From: a virus
Direction: 5' to 3' (one strand)
IMG/VR virus record: IMGVR_UViG_3300038696_000126
Span: 7,691-71,690 of that record
Length of the DNA stretch: 64,000 bases
Part shown: piece after piece, positions 19,409 to 28,900 of the stretch
Numbering within the stretch: the stretch's first letter is position 1
Layout: each line of letters starts with the position of its first letter
Notes under the pieces: model-generated
The model's database searches: none
The model's input: the letters and a program-made list of their open reading frames with translations, nothing else
What the model was told of the DNA's origin: nothing
Program-made: the position numbers and the translations under genes

Positions 19409-20209
19409 ATGAAAGGAATTTTAAAAATTGGTTTTGCAGATAACTTTACCAGAGTGCCTAATTCAGTTTTAGCCAATAAAGAGTTAACGTGGAAGGACAA
19501 GGGCATCTTCTCTTATATGTTATCTAAGGTAGGTATTAGTGATTGGCAGTTCTACCTAAAAGACATCGAGAATCAATCTAAAGACGGTAGAGAATCAGTT
19601 GCTAGTTCGGTTAAAAACTTGCAGGAAAGAGGTTATCTAAAAATAGAGAATGTACGGGACTCAAAAGGCATGATAACTCATAAGGATTGGACGCTTTTGT
19701 TGCCCGAAACGCCTGCGCCTATTAGCTCTCAACCTGATAACGGGAAACCCGTCTTACGGGAAACCCGTCTTACGGTTAAGCCGTCTTACGGGAAACCCGC
19801 ACCTAATAAGAAAGAGTACAATAATACTGAATACAAAAAGAAAGAATCTAGTAATAAAGAAATAGACAAAACCGAATTTCTATCTTACATGAAAGAGAGC
19901 GGTAAGGTTGATAATTACGCTAATGCGCTTTACAACCGACTAAAAGCAAATAACTTTAGCAACAAGGACGGTGAGTTTATTGAGAACTGGAAAGCTTACG
20001 TCAACTCTATTTTGAAAAACGATTACGATATTGGTAATGCCCAGACAAGAGAGGATGAATTAAAAGAAGCTGAAACTAGGGTTGCTCAGTATTCACGTAC
20101 TTACCTAACCGATACTAACCTTGCTTTATCAGTTTACATCTCGGAGCAAGATGGCACTCGTAGAAAAAAAGACTTACACCGATACTTAAAACTCATAGAA
20201 AAGTTATGA
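19409..20209 (+). CDS. Phage replication initiator (N-terminal wHTH, lambda O-like layout)
   Basis: NFTRVPNSVL..KELTWKDKGIFSYMLS...L.ERGYL; internal iteron-like repeats; precedes the primase-helicase. Confidence 0.75.
   Translation: MKGILKIGFADNFTRVPNSVLANKELTWKDKGIFSYMLSKVGISDWQFYLKDIENQSKDGRESVASSVKNLQERGYLKIENVRDSKGMITHKDWTLLLPETPAPISSQPDNGKPVLRETRLTVKPSYGKPAPNKKEYNNTEYKKKESSNKEIDKTEFLSYMKESGKVDNYANALYNRLKANNFSNKDGEFIENWKAYVNSILKNDYDIGNAQTREDELKEAETRVAQYSRTYLTDTNLALSVYISEQDGTRRKKDLHRYLKLIEKL
19741..19799 (+). repeat. 16-bp tandem repeats (CGGGAAACCCGTCTTA x about 3.7); putative origin iterons
   Basis: Units at 19741, 19757, 19773 (variant) and 19789 (partial), followed by an A-rich tract. 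Confidence 0.75.
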
Positions 20210-22146
20210 TAACAATATTTAAAACTTTTGCTGAAACCACTAGCCCTATCAGTTGGGAGCTAGACAAAATGCTTAACCGAATTAAAAACCCTAAAGAGGA
20301 AACTAGGCGGTTGGTAGATAGCATACGAACCGAAAAGGACGGTAAACAAAAGAAACTACTTAAATCTAAGTTAGCTTGTATTTTATTCTCAGGTAAGTTT
20401 GCTTCACGAAAAGACTCTGACTGCAAAGAACACTCAGGTTACGCGGTGGTTGATTTTGATAACGTACCTAGCGTTGATAGCCTAAAGAATAAGTTGAAGC
20501 TAATACCGTACTGTAAGGCTGCTTTTACTAGCCCTAGCGGTAATGGTGTAAAGGCGGTTGTAAGAATACCGAAATCTATTCTATTTCATAGGGAGAACTA
20601 TGAGAGCATGATAGATGACTTGGGTAGTCAGCTTAACACCCCTCCTGAGTGCTTTGACAAGACTTCTAAGAACATTAGCCGCATTTGCTATATATCATAT
20701 GACCTTGACATTTATATCGCGTCTACGGCCTCCTGTTACAATCCTCCCAAAAAGAAGCAAGAGGTAGTTGGGGTTGATTATAATAAAATCAACATAGCGG
20801 CAAATATGATACGTCTTGCTAATGACGGTGAGAAACACGCTACGCTGTACAATGCCTCAAGATTAATTGGTGGGTATATAGCAAGCGGAATGATTGAAGA
20901 AGTATTTGCTATTCAGGTTTTAGAGAACGAAATTCAGAATAAGAATATTGATGACTTTGAATCTGCTAAACGAACTATTAGAGATGGCATAGCAGAGGGT
21001 AAGAAGATGCCTCTATACGAACGTGAAGCTATGGAGAAGACCGCTTCATTAGAGGAGGCTAAGGTTCGGTTGGTGCATAACGTTAGACGCTATGAGTTCC
21101 TAACCGACCTTCGTGAGGATAGAGATTCGGTTATGAAGTATAAGACCGATGGATTTAGAAAAGGTCAGGAAACAGGGCACGAATTATTTGATGAGCATTT
21201 CCTTTTTAAGGAGGGGGATTTTAATGTTGTTTTAGGACACGCCAACGTAGGTAAGAGTTATTTTATGTGGTGGCTTATGATTCTATCAGCGGTTCGATTA
21301 GATTGGTGTTGGATTGTTTATACAACCGAAAATAAGGTTCATCAGGTAAAGAAAAAGCTAATAGAATTTAGAGCGTCTAAGTCTATTGATAATATGTCTA
21401 TCCCCGAAGTAAACGCGCACATGGATTGGCTAGACGATAAGTTTTCATTTATTCGTATAGACCGCTTTTACAACGCCACTGATGTAATTGATTACGCTAG
21501 GATACTTTTAGATAAAAAGGAATACAAGGGCTTTTTGATAGACCCTTACAACAGCCTCTCGATAGATAAAGATTTATGGAAAGAGGTTGGGAGTAATAGA
21601 CATGAGTATGACTATGCTATATCAGCTATGTTTGTAAACTTCTGTGATGAAAACAACATATCCATATACCTTAACGCTCATGCTATTTCTGAGGCACTAA
21701 GACGTAAGCACCCTAAGTCTAGGAAGGATGAGATACCGCATAGATATGAAGGCCACCCTATGCCACCAGAGAACGCGGATATAGAGGGCGGTGGTAAGTT
21801 TGTTAATCGAGTAACTGGTTTCTTCATGGTTGTTCACCGCTACCTGTATGATAGTGAAGATTGGAACATAACCAAGGTTGAGATTAAAAAAGTAAAAGAC
21901 ACGGAAACGGGCGGTAGTAACACCAAGTATGAGAGTCCTATAAATTTCAGAATGACGGACGGTATGACGGGTTATGCTGATGACTATGAGTTCCCTAGAC
22001 AAACGAATCCAATAAAGCGGCACTTTAAAGAAAGCACCAAGCAGATTGAAATACAGCAAGAGGATCAGAAGCCTGTTATGTTTACCACTAAGCATGAGAT
22101 ACCTTCGCACCCATTTGGGGATGAAGCCGATGACTCTGAATTTTAA
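20206..22146 (+). CDS. Primase-helicase (BT4734/VirE-N-like domain plus DnaB-like SF4 helicase)
   Basis: HSGYAVVDFD, FTSPSGNGVK, Walker A GHANVGKS, LIDPYN, IKKVKD. Confidence 0.85.
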   Translation: MITIFKTFAETTSPISWELDKMLNRIKNPKEETRRLVDSIRTEKDGKQKKLLKSKLACILFSGKFASRKDSDCKEHSGYAVVDFDNVPSVDSLKNKLKLIPYCKAAFTSPSGNGVKAVVRIPKSILFHRENYESMIDDLGSQLNTPPECFDKTSKNISRICYISYDLDIYIASTASCYNPPKKKQEVVGVDYNKINIAANMIRLANDGEKHATLYNASRLIGGYIASGMIEEVFAIQVLENEIQNKNIDDFESAKRTIRDGIAEGKKMPLYEREAMEKTASLEEAKVRLVHNVRRYEFLTDLREDRDSVMKYKTDGFRKGQETGHELFDEHFLFKEGDFNVVLGHANVGKSYFMWWLMILSAVRLDWCWIVYTTENKVHQVKKKLIEFRASKSIDNMSIPEVNAHMDWLDDKFSFIRIDRFYNATDVIDYARILLDKKEYKGFLIDPYNSLSIDKDLWKEVGSNRHEYDYAISAMFVNFCDENNISIYLNAHAISEALRRKHPKSRKDEIPHRYEGHPMPPENADIEGGGKFVNRVTGFFMVVHRYLYDSEDWNITKVEIKKVKDTETGGSNTKYESPINFRMTDGMTGYADDYEFPRQTNPIKRHFKESTKQIEIQQEDQKPVMFTTKHEIPSHPFGDEADDSEF

Positions 22147-22209
22147 TAACAATTACTTAACATTGAAAGTTAGGTAGGTGTGGTTGTAATGCTTATGTTT
22201 GTTCTTTAT

Positions 22210-22500
22210 AACGCTCAGGCTAAGGTTAATAGCCGTTAATCACTAACCATTAAACTATAACAAGACCTAATTAGGCTATTAATTTTAGCCAATGTTAGGC
22301 ACTTTTAATTATGGGACAATACAGATTTTCGATTTACGCACACTGGCAGATAGGATTAATGATAAAAATTGATGAATACTCGGTAGATATAAATCTGCCG
22401 TTTGTTACAATGCATATTGCTATTAGTAAACACGCAAAAGGAATTGAACTATTTGGCAGATACATTGGGTAATTGTGCCTAACACAGGAATATAAACCGT
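22210..22500 (+). mobile_element. Integron-like cassette array 3 (single cassette)
   Basis: Hairpin 22210-22296; cassette GTTAGGCAC 22294 / GTGCCTAAC 22475, followed by a truncated copy of the terminal site. Confidence 0.7.
22311..22472 (+). CDS. Small cassette-borne protein (53 aa)
   Basis: Manual ORF MGQYRFSIYAHWQIG...GRYIG filling the cassette. Confidence 0.6.
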   Translation: MGQYRFSIYAHWQIGLMIKIDEYSVDINLPFVTMHIAISKHAKGIELFGRYIG

Positions 22501-22536
22501 AAAACACAGTAGAGTTGCAATAACTAAATAACAATT

Positions 22537-22854
22537 ATGACAAAAGAAGAAAAAGCAAAAGATTTTGAACGGTATAAGAAAATGGTGGTTGTGGCCGCTT
22601 TAACAAATGTACTAATGGAGTATTGGGAGCCATTCTCTTCCGAAAAGTTTGTTCGGGGTTCTCTTAAAAAGAAAGCTAATATGTTCTTTGAGCAGTTGGA
22701 GAAAACAGTTCAGTTTCCCATAGAAAGACTTTACAAAACTGATGAAAAGCTTTTTGTGGCTATTCAAAATTCAGTGGAGTTTATACTTGAAACGGACATC
22801 ATCAACATTATAAAAAAATCACGAGAGTATGCTAAATTAGAGGAGAATAAATAG
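22537..22854 (+). CDS. hypothetical protein
   Basis: 105 aa ORF in operon. Confidence 0.7.
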   Translation: MTKEEKAKDFERYKKMVVVAALTNVLMEYWEPFSSEKFVRGSLKKKANMFFEQLEKTVQFPIERLYKTDEKLFVAIQNSVEFILETDIINIIKKSREYAKLEENK

Positions 22855-22866
22855 TATGTTTGCGGT

Positions 22867-23181
22867 ATGATATACTACGAGGACGTAGATAAGAGTAAAG
22901 TGCCAGTTCATTTGCACCCACCCATCTACTTTAAAAAGACGAGTAATGAGCATATCCTAATCGGCTACATAGAAGTAGAGATGATGGCTAGAATGATGCG
23001 AGAGAACTACTCTTTACCTCACAAGGATAATATCAAGAAGTTTCCTTTTGAAATAGTAATCAACTTAAAGACAAAGCACGTATTTCCGAGAACACAAACG
23101 AAGCACTTGCAGTTCGTCTTTAATAAGCCAAACAAATACTATAAAATACCAGCTCCTAAAAGCAACTTAAATGAAAAGTAA
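22867..23181 (+). CDS. hypothetical protein
   Basis: 104 aa ORF in operon. Confidence 0.65.
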   Translation: MIYYEDVDKSKVPVHLHPPIYFKKTSNEHILIGYIEVEMMARMMRENYSLPHKDNIKKFPFEIVINLKTKHVFPRTQTKHLQFVFNKPNKYYKIPAPKSNLNEK

Positions 23182-23383
23182 AGACCGTAAATTGCTAACC
23201 TACCTAAACTTTACCACAGATGAGTTTCATAAGTTGGTGGGGGATTTCTTTCAGGAGCATTTTGATAAGAAAGGAAATTGCGTTCAGCCTAATAAACAAG
23301 GGTTAGATAAGCTATACAACTTGCATCACAGGTTGGTAGATGTAATAGAGCAGTACGAGGATAATTTTAATATAAACAAGTAA
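23171..23383 (+). CDS. hypothetical protein
   Basis: Overlapping operon ORF. Confidence 0.65.
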   Translation: MKSKDRKLLTYLNFTTDEFHKLVGDFFQEHFDKKGNCVQPNKQGLDKLYNLHHRLVDVIEQYEDNFNINK

Positions 23384-23394
23384 ATAAGTAAATT

Positions 23395-23757
23395 ATGGCT
23401 AATTTAAAATTCACAGGTATCGTTACGGAAGTGTACGAGGCTAAAGCAGGAACAACAAAAAAAGGAGAACCTTGGGCAGCTAGAATGTTTAGGGTAAAAG
23501 AGGAGAACGCGGAATACCCTAATGAGGTGTTGTTTAAGCGGTTTAAGTTAGGTGATTACGTTAAGTTTGCCTTAGAGCAATTCAATGTAAGCGAAGGGGA
23601 TAGAGTATCGGTTGAGTACAGTATGGTCGTTGATGCTTATAACCCTGAATATCCTAATCAGGTTATGCGAGAGTTTAAGACAAATTCTTTGGATAAGCCA
23701 AAACGTAACACCCCTGCTTCTGTTGAGAACGAGGAAGATGATAACGACCCCTTCTAG
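23395..23757 (+). CDS. Single-stranded DNA-binding protein (DUF3127-like OB fold)
   Basis: FTGIV...GTTKKGEPW...EYPNEVLF...GDRVSVEY and an acidic DDNDPF tail. Confidence 0.75.
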   Translation: MANLKFTGIVTEVYEAKAGTTKKGEPWAARMFRVKEENAEYPNEVLFKRFKLGDYVKFALEQFNVSEGDRVSVEYSMVVDAYNPEYPNQVMREFKTNSLDKPKRNTPASVENEEDDNDPF

Positions 23758-23922
23758 CGATGAATGATAATCAAATCTCCAAGGTTCTTGATAGCTACAA
23801 AACAAGATGCTGCAAATCTGAATGGACTAGGGTTGGTCGAGCAGATTACCGTTGCTCTAAATGTAACAATGATATAACCTTGGAAATTTGTTTTCTTTAC
23901 GATGCGCTTAGATAGAGCATAT

Positions 23923-24009
23923 ACACGGGTAGCTTAAATGGTAAAGCGTTTGGTAATTGCAAACCCAAAATATAAGAGTAACTCTTTGGTTCGAGTCCCT
24001 TTCCGTGTG
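23923..24009 (+). tRNA. tRNA-like element, non-canonical or degenerate (possibly GCA/Cys)
   Basis: Acceptor ACACGGG/TCCGTGT, D arm TAGCTTAAATGGTAAAGC, T loop GGTTCGAGTCC; anticodon loop is 11 nt and the T stem is weak. Confidence 0.45.
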
Positions 24010-24047
24010 CAATAAAATTACAATAAATTAATAAAAGCATAATTATA

Positions 24048-24425
24048 ATGAAAGATTTACTTTGGTTAGATGATATTAGAAACCCTTATATAAACGAAGA
24101 AGGCAAAGTGCCAACACGTAAAAATGGCAAACACTACAATATAAGTTGGGTTTTAAACTACGAACAGTTTATTAAATGGATAGAACTTTTTGGACTACCT
24201 GATGCTATTTCATTTGACCACGATTTAGCAGACGAACACTATAGGCCTGAATATTCTTGGGATAAATACGAAGAGAAAACAGGTATGGACTGTGCTAAAT
24301 GGCTTGTAGATTATTGTATGGATAATAATAAAAAAATGCCTGAAATATTTGTGCATTCCGCAAACCCTGTTGGGGCTGATAATATAAAAGGGTTGTTAGA
24401 CAATTATATTAATAATTATAGTTAA
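24048..24425 (+). CDS. Cyclic-phosphate-processing receiver-like domain protein
   Basis: LWLDDIRNP, ISFDHDL, TGMDCAKWL, VHSANPVG. Confidence 0.75.
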   Translation: MKDLLWLDDIRNPYINEEGKVPTRKNGKHYNISWVLNYEQFIKWIELFGLPDAISFDHDLADEHYRPEYSWDKYEEKTGMDCAKWLVDYCMDNNKKMPEIFVHSANPVGADNIKGLLDNYINNYS

Positions 24426-24442
24426 CGGTTAATAATTAAATT

Positions 24443-24994
24443 ATGACTCATAAAACAAAACACGTTCATTTAGATTTACAGGCCATTATCAACTTCATTG
24501 AGGATAAAACGGGTTACACCGTAGAGGAATTAAAAGGCAGGGGTAAAAAAGGAAACATTATTTATGCTAGACATATTTACACTTTCTTGGCTAAAAAACA
24601 CACCATGCATTCGTGGGCCTCTATTGCGTCATTACTTGGCCGTAATCACGCAACATCAATACATTCAAATAAAGTAGTTAACAACGTTATAGGTGCTAAA
24701 AATAAAGAAGGTCAGTATTACACTAACGTGGAAAATGCCTTTAACATAAGTAACATTTTAGGTTCGGAAGAATTAATTAGGATAAGTGGTAGGCCACGTT
24801 GTGCTCCAAGGAACTACCAAGAAAGCCTATCTAGGAAGGACACAGCTATCGCTAGAATGTATTTAGAGTACACTAGGCTACAATCTATCACCGAGAAGGT
24901 AATGAATAGCGTAGATGGCGGTATAGAGGCTAGTCTAATTAGTTCATTGGCTAAGTCAAAAGGGATTGTTAACTGCTTAAAAATGAATAGTTAA
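24443..24994 (+). CDS. DnaA C-terminal (domain IV)-like HTH protein
   Basis: ARHIYTFLAKK...SWASIASLLGRNHATSIHS. Confidence 0.75.
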   Translation: MTHKTKHVHLDLQAIINFIEDKTGYTVEELKGRGKKGNIIYARHIYTFLAKKHTMHSWASIASLLGRNHATSIHSNKVVNNVIGAKNKEGQYYTNVENAFNISNILGSEELIRISGRPRCAPRNYQESLSRKDTAIARMYLEYTRLQSITEKVMNSVDGGIEASLISSLAKSKGIVNCLKMNS

Positions 24995-25107
24995 TTATGG
25001 AGCATTAAACATACACTCAAAAAGAGATAGACAGTAAGATTAACATTCTAAATCACAAAAGAGAAAAGTTTATTACGGCACGGAATTAACAACTAAAAAT
25101 TAAAATT

Positions 25108-25323
25108 ATGCAGAAATACACAGAGCATTGTGACTTATGCGAAAAAGAGTTTAACCACAATAAAAACGGATTTTGTATTGAGATTGGTTTTAGTAAAGGA
25201 GGGTGGGGAAGCAGACAGGACTTTACTCCCAAAAGAACAATGGAAGTTTGCACAACTTGCTTTAAAAAACTTGAAGAAAAAGCAATGCAGATGGATGAAC
25301 TTGTTAGAGAATTACGGAAGTAG
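25108..25323 (+). CDS. Small Zn-finger protein
   Basis: CDLC ... CTTC. Confidence 0.7.
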   Translation: MQKYTEHCDLCEKEFNHNKNGFCIEIGFSKGGWGSRQDFTPKRTMEVCTTCFKKLEEKAMQMDELVRELRK

Positions 25324-25385
25324 TGCTTGTGTATAACGTTTAGTATATGAATAGTGGCGAATAAATACGCACTAAATTTTGAATT

Positions 25386-25619
25386 ATGACAGATACTAAT
25401 AAAAATACACAGACCACCGAATTAAGCACTAAACAGCCATTATTTATAGATGGTGTTATGCCCCGTTTTTTAAAGACAAAATACTCTTTAGAAGAACTAG
25501 ACCAATATGTTATGGAATTATCATCAAGAACAGACAAACACATTCATCGAGGTAAATTAGATGATATTGAAAAACTAATCAGATGGCGAAGAAGATACGA
25601 TGCTCTAAATGGGGCATAA
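25386..25619 (+). CDS. Hypothetical protein fused across a cassette junction
   Basis: Starts in the hairpin loop, reads through GTT 25455 (LFIDGVMPR), stops in the closing TAAC. Confidence 0.7.
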   Translation: MTDTNKNTQTTELSTKQPLFIDGVMPRFLKTKYSLEELDQYVMELSSRTDKHIHRGKLDDIEKLIRWRRRYDALNGA

Positions 25620-25678
25620 CGGTTAGTATATGATTTCGGGCGTAAATAAAGACAGAATTTAAGTAATAAAAAAAAATT

Positions 25679-25909
25679 ATGAGTGAGCAAATAGATAACA
25701 AAGAAACAGAAACTAAGCCTGAATTATATACAGTGTTAGCAACAGTAGTTTCTATGGTAAAAGAGGAAGTTGCGGAAGAATACGGGTTTAAAAAAGCCTT
25801 TATTGTAGATACAAAATGGGATTACGCTATGATGATACATCACCGAACAAAAAAGCAAATAGAAATGTATGAAAGGCTTTGTATGAAGTTAGCTCACTAT
25901 TGTTGCTAA
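25679..25909 (+). CDS. Hypothetical protein fused across a cassette junction
   Basis: Starts in the hairpin loop, reads through GTT 25735 (ELYTVLAT), stops in the closing TAAC. Confidence 0.7.
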   Translation: MSEQIDNKETETKPELYTVLATVVSMVKEEVAEEYGFKKAFIVDTKWDYAMMIHHRTKKQIEMYERLCMKLAHYCC

Positions 25910-25958
25910 CACAAGAATAAAAACCGTGCATTACAGCATGGTTTCTTATTTAATGTTA

Positions 25959-28900
25959 TTAATAAAAACTCTTAGTTCCTTGCAAATCAACTGAGTATAA
26001 CTCAACCTCACTTCCTGTAACGCTATTTGTCATAGCAACCTTAGCCCAATACCCTCTAATTGTATCACCATCAATAGCACTATTCCTTAGTGCGTAGATA
26101 TAATCCCCCGCAGAAAGACCACTTGACGTTGATAGAACAATCGTATTGTCAGCACCTATACTCACAACGCTACCTATTTCAGTGGTAGCTAGGTAAATCT
26201 TATCCCCCACAAAAAGACCACTTCCCGCAGCAAAGAAACCATTTACGGTTATGGTGTTTGTTGCAATAGTAGAAATATCACCAATCCCAATTACATTACT
26301 ATCGGTTGTTCCCGTTTCACTAAAAGGAAGTTGAGCATAAAACCTCCCTTCCTTATTCTCAAAGTCAGTACTGAGTAAATCACAACCATTTAGGTTTGTA
26401 GTAATATCCAAATCCCAAGCCGCGTTCCCTTCAATCATTGCCGCCCTATACGTCTTAACTGTAAATGGCTCGGGGTTCAATATTGGTGTTACTTTTGCAG
26501 GGTAATCCACCCCGTAAAACTTGCCGTAATTACTACCGCTATTGTGCAACCACATATTACCCCTCTCAAAAGAAAAGAATAGGCTGTTAATGCAAGCATA
26601 CTGCTCAGGGTCAAAAGAATAAAAAGTACTCCACCTGTTCGCAGGTTCGTAGTATGCCAATGTAAAGCCTTGTTGAATAACCTCAGCACCGCTTGTAATT
26701 ATAGGGTAGTCTGCGTTGTTAATCGGTACACTTAAAAATCCTGATCCTAAATCTAAAGTACCTAGAGTAAGTTTATCCTCTGTGGTTGTGTTTAGTGCTA
26801 CGTAAGCAGGGGTTGTGTTTCCATTCTCAAAGTTTATGAGGTCATCATTGCTAATAGCAACATTACCTGTTTCTGATATTTCGGTTGTGTTGTAAAAATT
26901 ACCATCACCCCAAGCATCCCAATTCTCTTCAATATCCTCCCAATTCCTTAGTTCGCTGCTAAAAGTTAATCCAATCGGAGCGTCTTCTAAAACAGGTGTA
27001 ACGTTTATTTGTAAAAAGTCGCCTGAGAATACGGCTTGTTGTATAGCACCACCCACCATACCAACATCGTCAACCAATATGTCGGTGGACGATAGCGTAG
27101 GAAAAGTTACAATAGTTTCATCATTTTCTTTATCGTACCCGCTTATGATATTAATGTTAGCGTAGTTGCGTAAATAGTCCTTAGATTTACCATATAGATA
27201 GTTACGAACGTTGTAATTACTTATAGGTGTAATACCATCATTAGATAATCTTAGGTACTTACCGCGCTTAACGTCCATCCAATACCACACCCCGTCATTA
27301 CCAACTATACTCTCAGGTTGCTGACTACATCCATAATCACCACCGTAAGGTATTTGGTCGCCAATCGGGTCGTTTGATACTACCACCGTACCATCTCCTT
27401 GAGAGTTTTCTAATAGGCTACGGCTAATTAATAGCTTAGTTGTTTTATCTTCTTGCCAGACTATGAAGCCTTGGTTGTGCTGCTCAATTCGTTGCACACC
27501 ACCCCAACTTAAATCTAACTGCTTAAAGGTTCTATTGGTAGGGTTAAAGCTAGATAGGCCGTTAAACTTAACGTCAGGGAAAAAGCCCTCACTAGCTGTT
27601 ATATCGGTTTTGCGAATTATCTCTTTAGCTTCGGGTAGGTAAAAATGACTTCTCCCTCTATCCCAACTATTCCCTGATTTTATAAAATCATTAACATAAT
27701 AATCCTCAACCTGCGCTAGGCTAATTCTAAAGCTTATTACATTATCCCCCCTAAAAAAAAATCTAGGTTTTATCCAACTATCACCACCTTCTAGCAGTGT
27801 AGCCGCACCCTCACTAGCTAATTTCACAAACCCTATGCTACCAAAGCTAGAGAAATCTTCGTCTAAGTACAACCTAGTTCCTGCGCTTTCCAACTCAACT
27901 CTAGTTACATTCGCTGTGAATAAAACTACACTAGAGTCATTCTTAATAATAACGCTATCCCCAACAATAATTTTATTGTTAAACTCAAAGGCTACAACGT
28001 ACTGGTTAAAAATGCTTTTATCCGTAACAACATACTCCAAACTTTCGTTTTGGTTGCGAATAGAACCCTCATGGTATCTAGTTGACAAACCCGCGTTAGC
28101 AATTGGATAGGTGTGTCCAAACTCATAGTAAGGTCTTTCGTCTACTTGCGGCTTAGGGCGGTATATTTGAAAATAAGCACCCTCACCATCAGCTTGATTA
28201 AACCAATGACCCGTAGAAAGGTTAGTACCACCATCAGTATCCCAATTATCTAGTTTCGGGTCTTGCAGTATAAGCATAACCCCTGACTTTTGCTCCTTTA
28301 ACCCAGGACTATCGCTAGAACCGATTAAAGGATTTTCTGCGCCAACACCTAACACCTCTAGTCCCACTACCTTAAAGTCTAAGTTTCCGCTAGGTTTTAA
28401 ACGTTTTTCCTCATCGGGGTCGTAGTAACTTTTAATAAGAACCCTATCGCCCTCTGCGAAGTTATAATCTATAAGAGCGTTAGTGGTTTCTTTAAATGAA
28501 TAGTCATCACCTTTAAAGTTTCTAAGGGAGATGTATAGGCGGTCAAAACTGTTTGTGCCTTGCCCATCTTTTTTAAATGCTCCCGCACAGGTGTAATCTA
28601 GGTAATCACTAAAACCGCTATTACCTGCATATACAATAGAGTAGTGCGTAGCCCAAGAAGGCGGTTGGTTTTTTAGGATAAACCCTATATTAGCACCTCC
28701 ATCTAATTCTTGAAAAGATGTGTCTCTTTCGGTGTACCACTTTACATAAGGCTCTGTAATAATTTTATTGACAGAAGATTGTCTATTTCCTCTATCGAAG
28801 TAAGTAACACCAAGAGGGTGCGCTGAGTTAGCTTTAAATGTCTTTTCTGCCTTACCGCTATTTACAACGTATGAGTTTGTAGAAACATCTACAATATTTA

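Larger units (their letters stand above)
25068..25960 (+). mobile_element. Integron-like cassette array 4 (3 hairpins)
   Basis: GTTATGCCCCGTTT 25455 / AAATGGGGCATAAC 25607; GTTAGCAACAGTAGT 25735 / ACTATTGTTGCTAAC 25896; terminal site 25908-25957. Confidence 0.8.
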
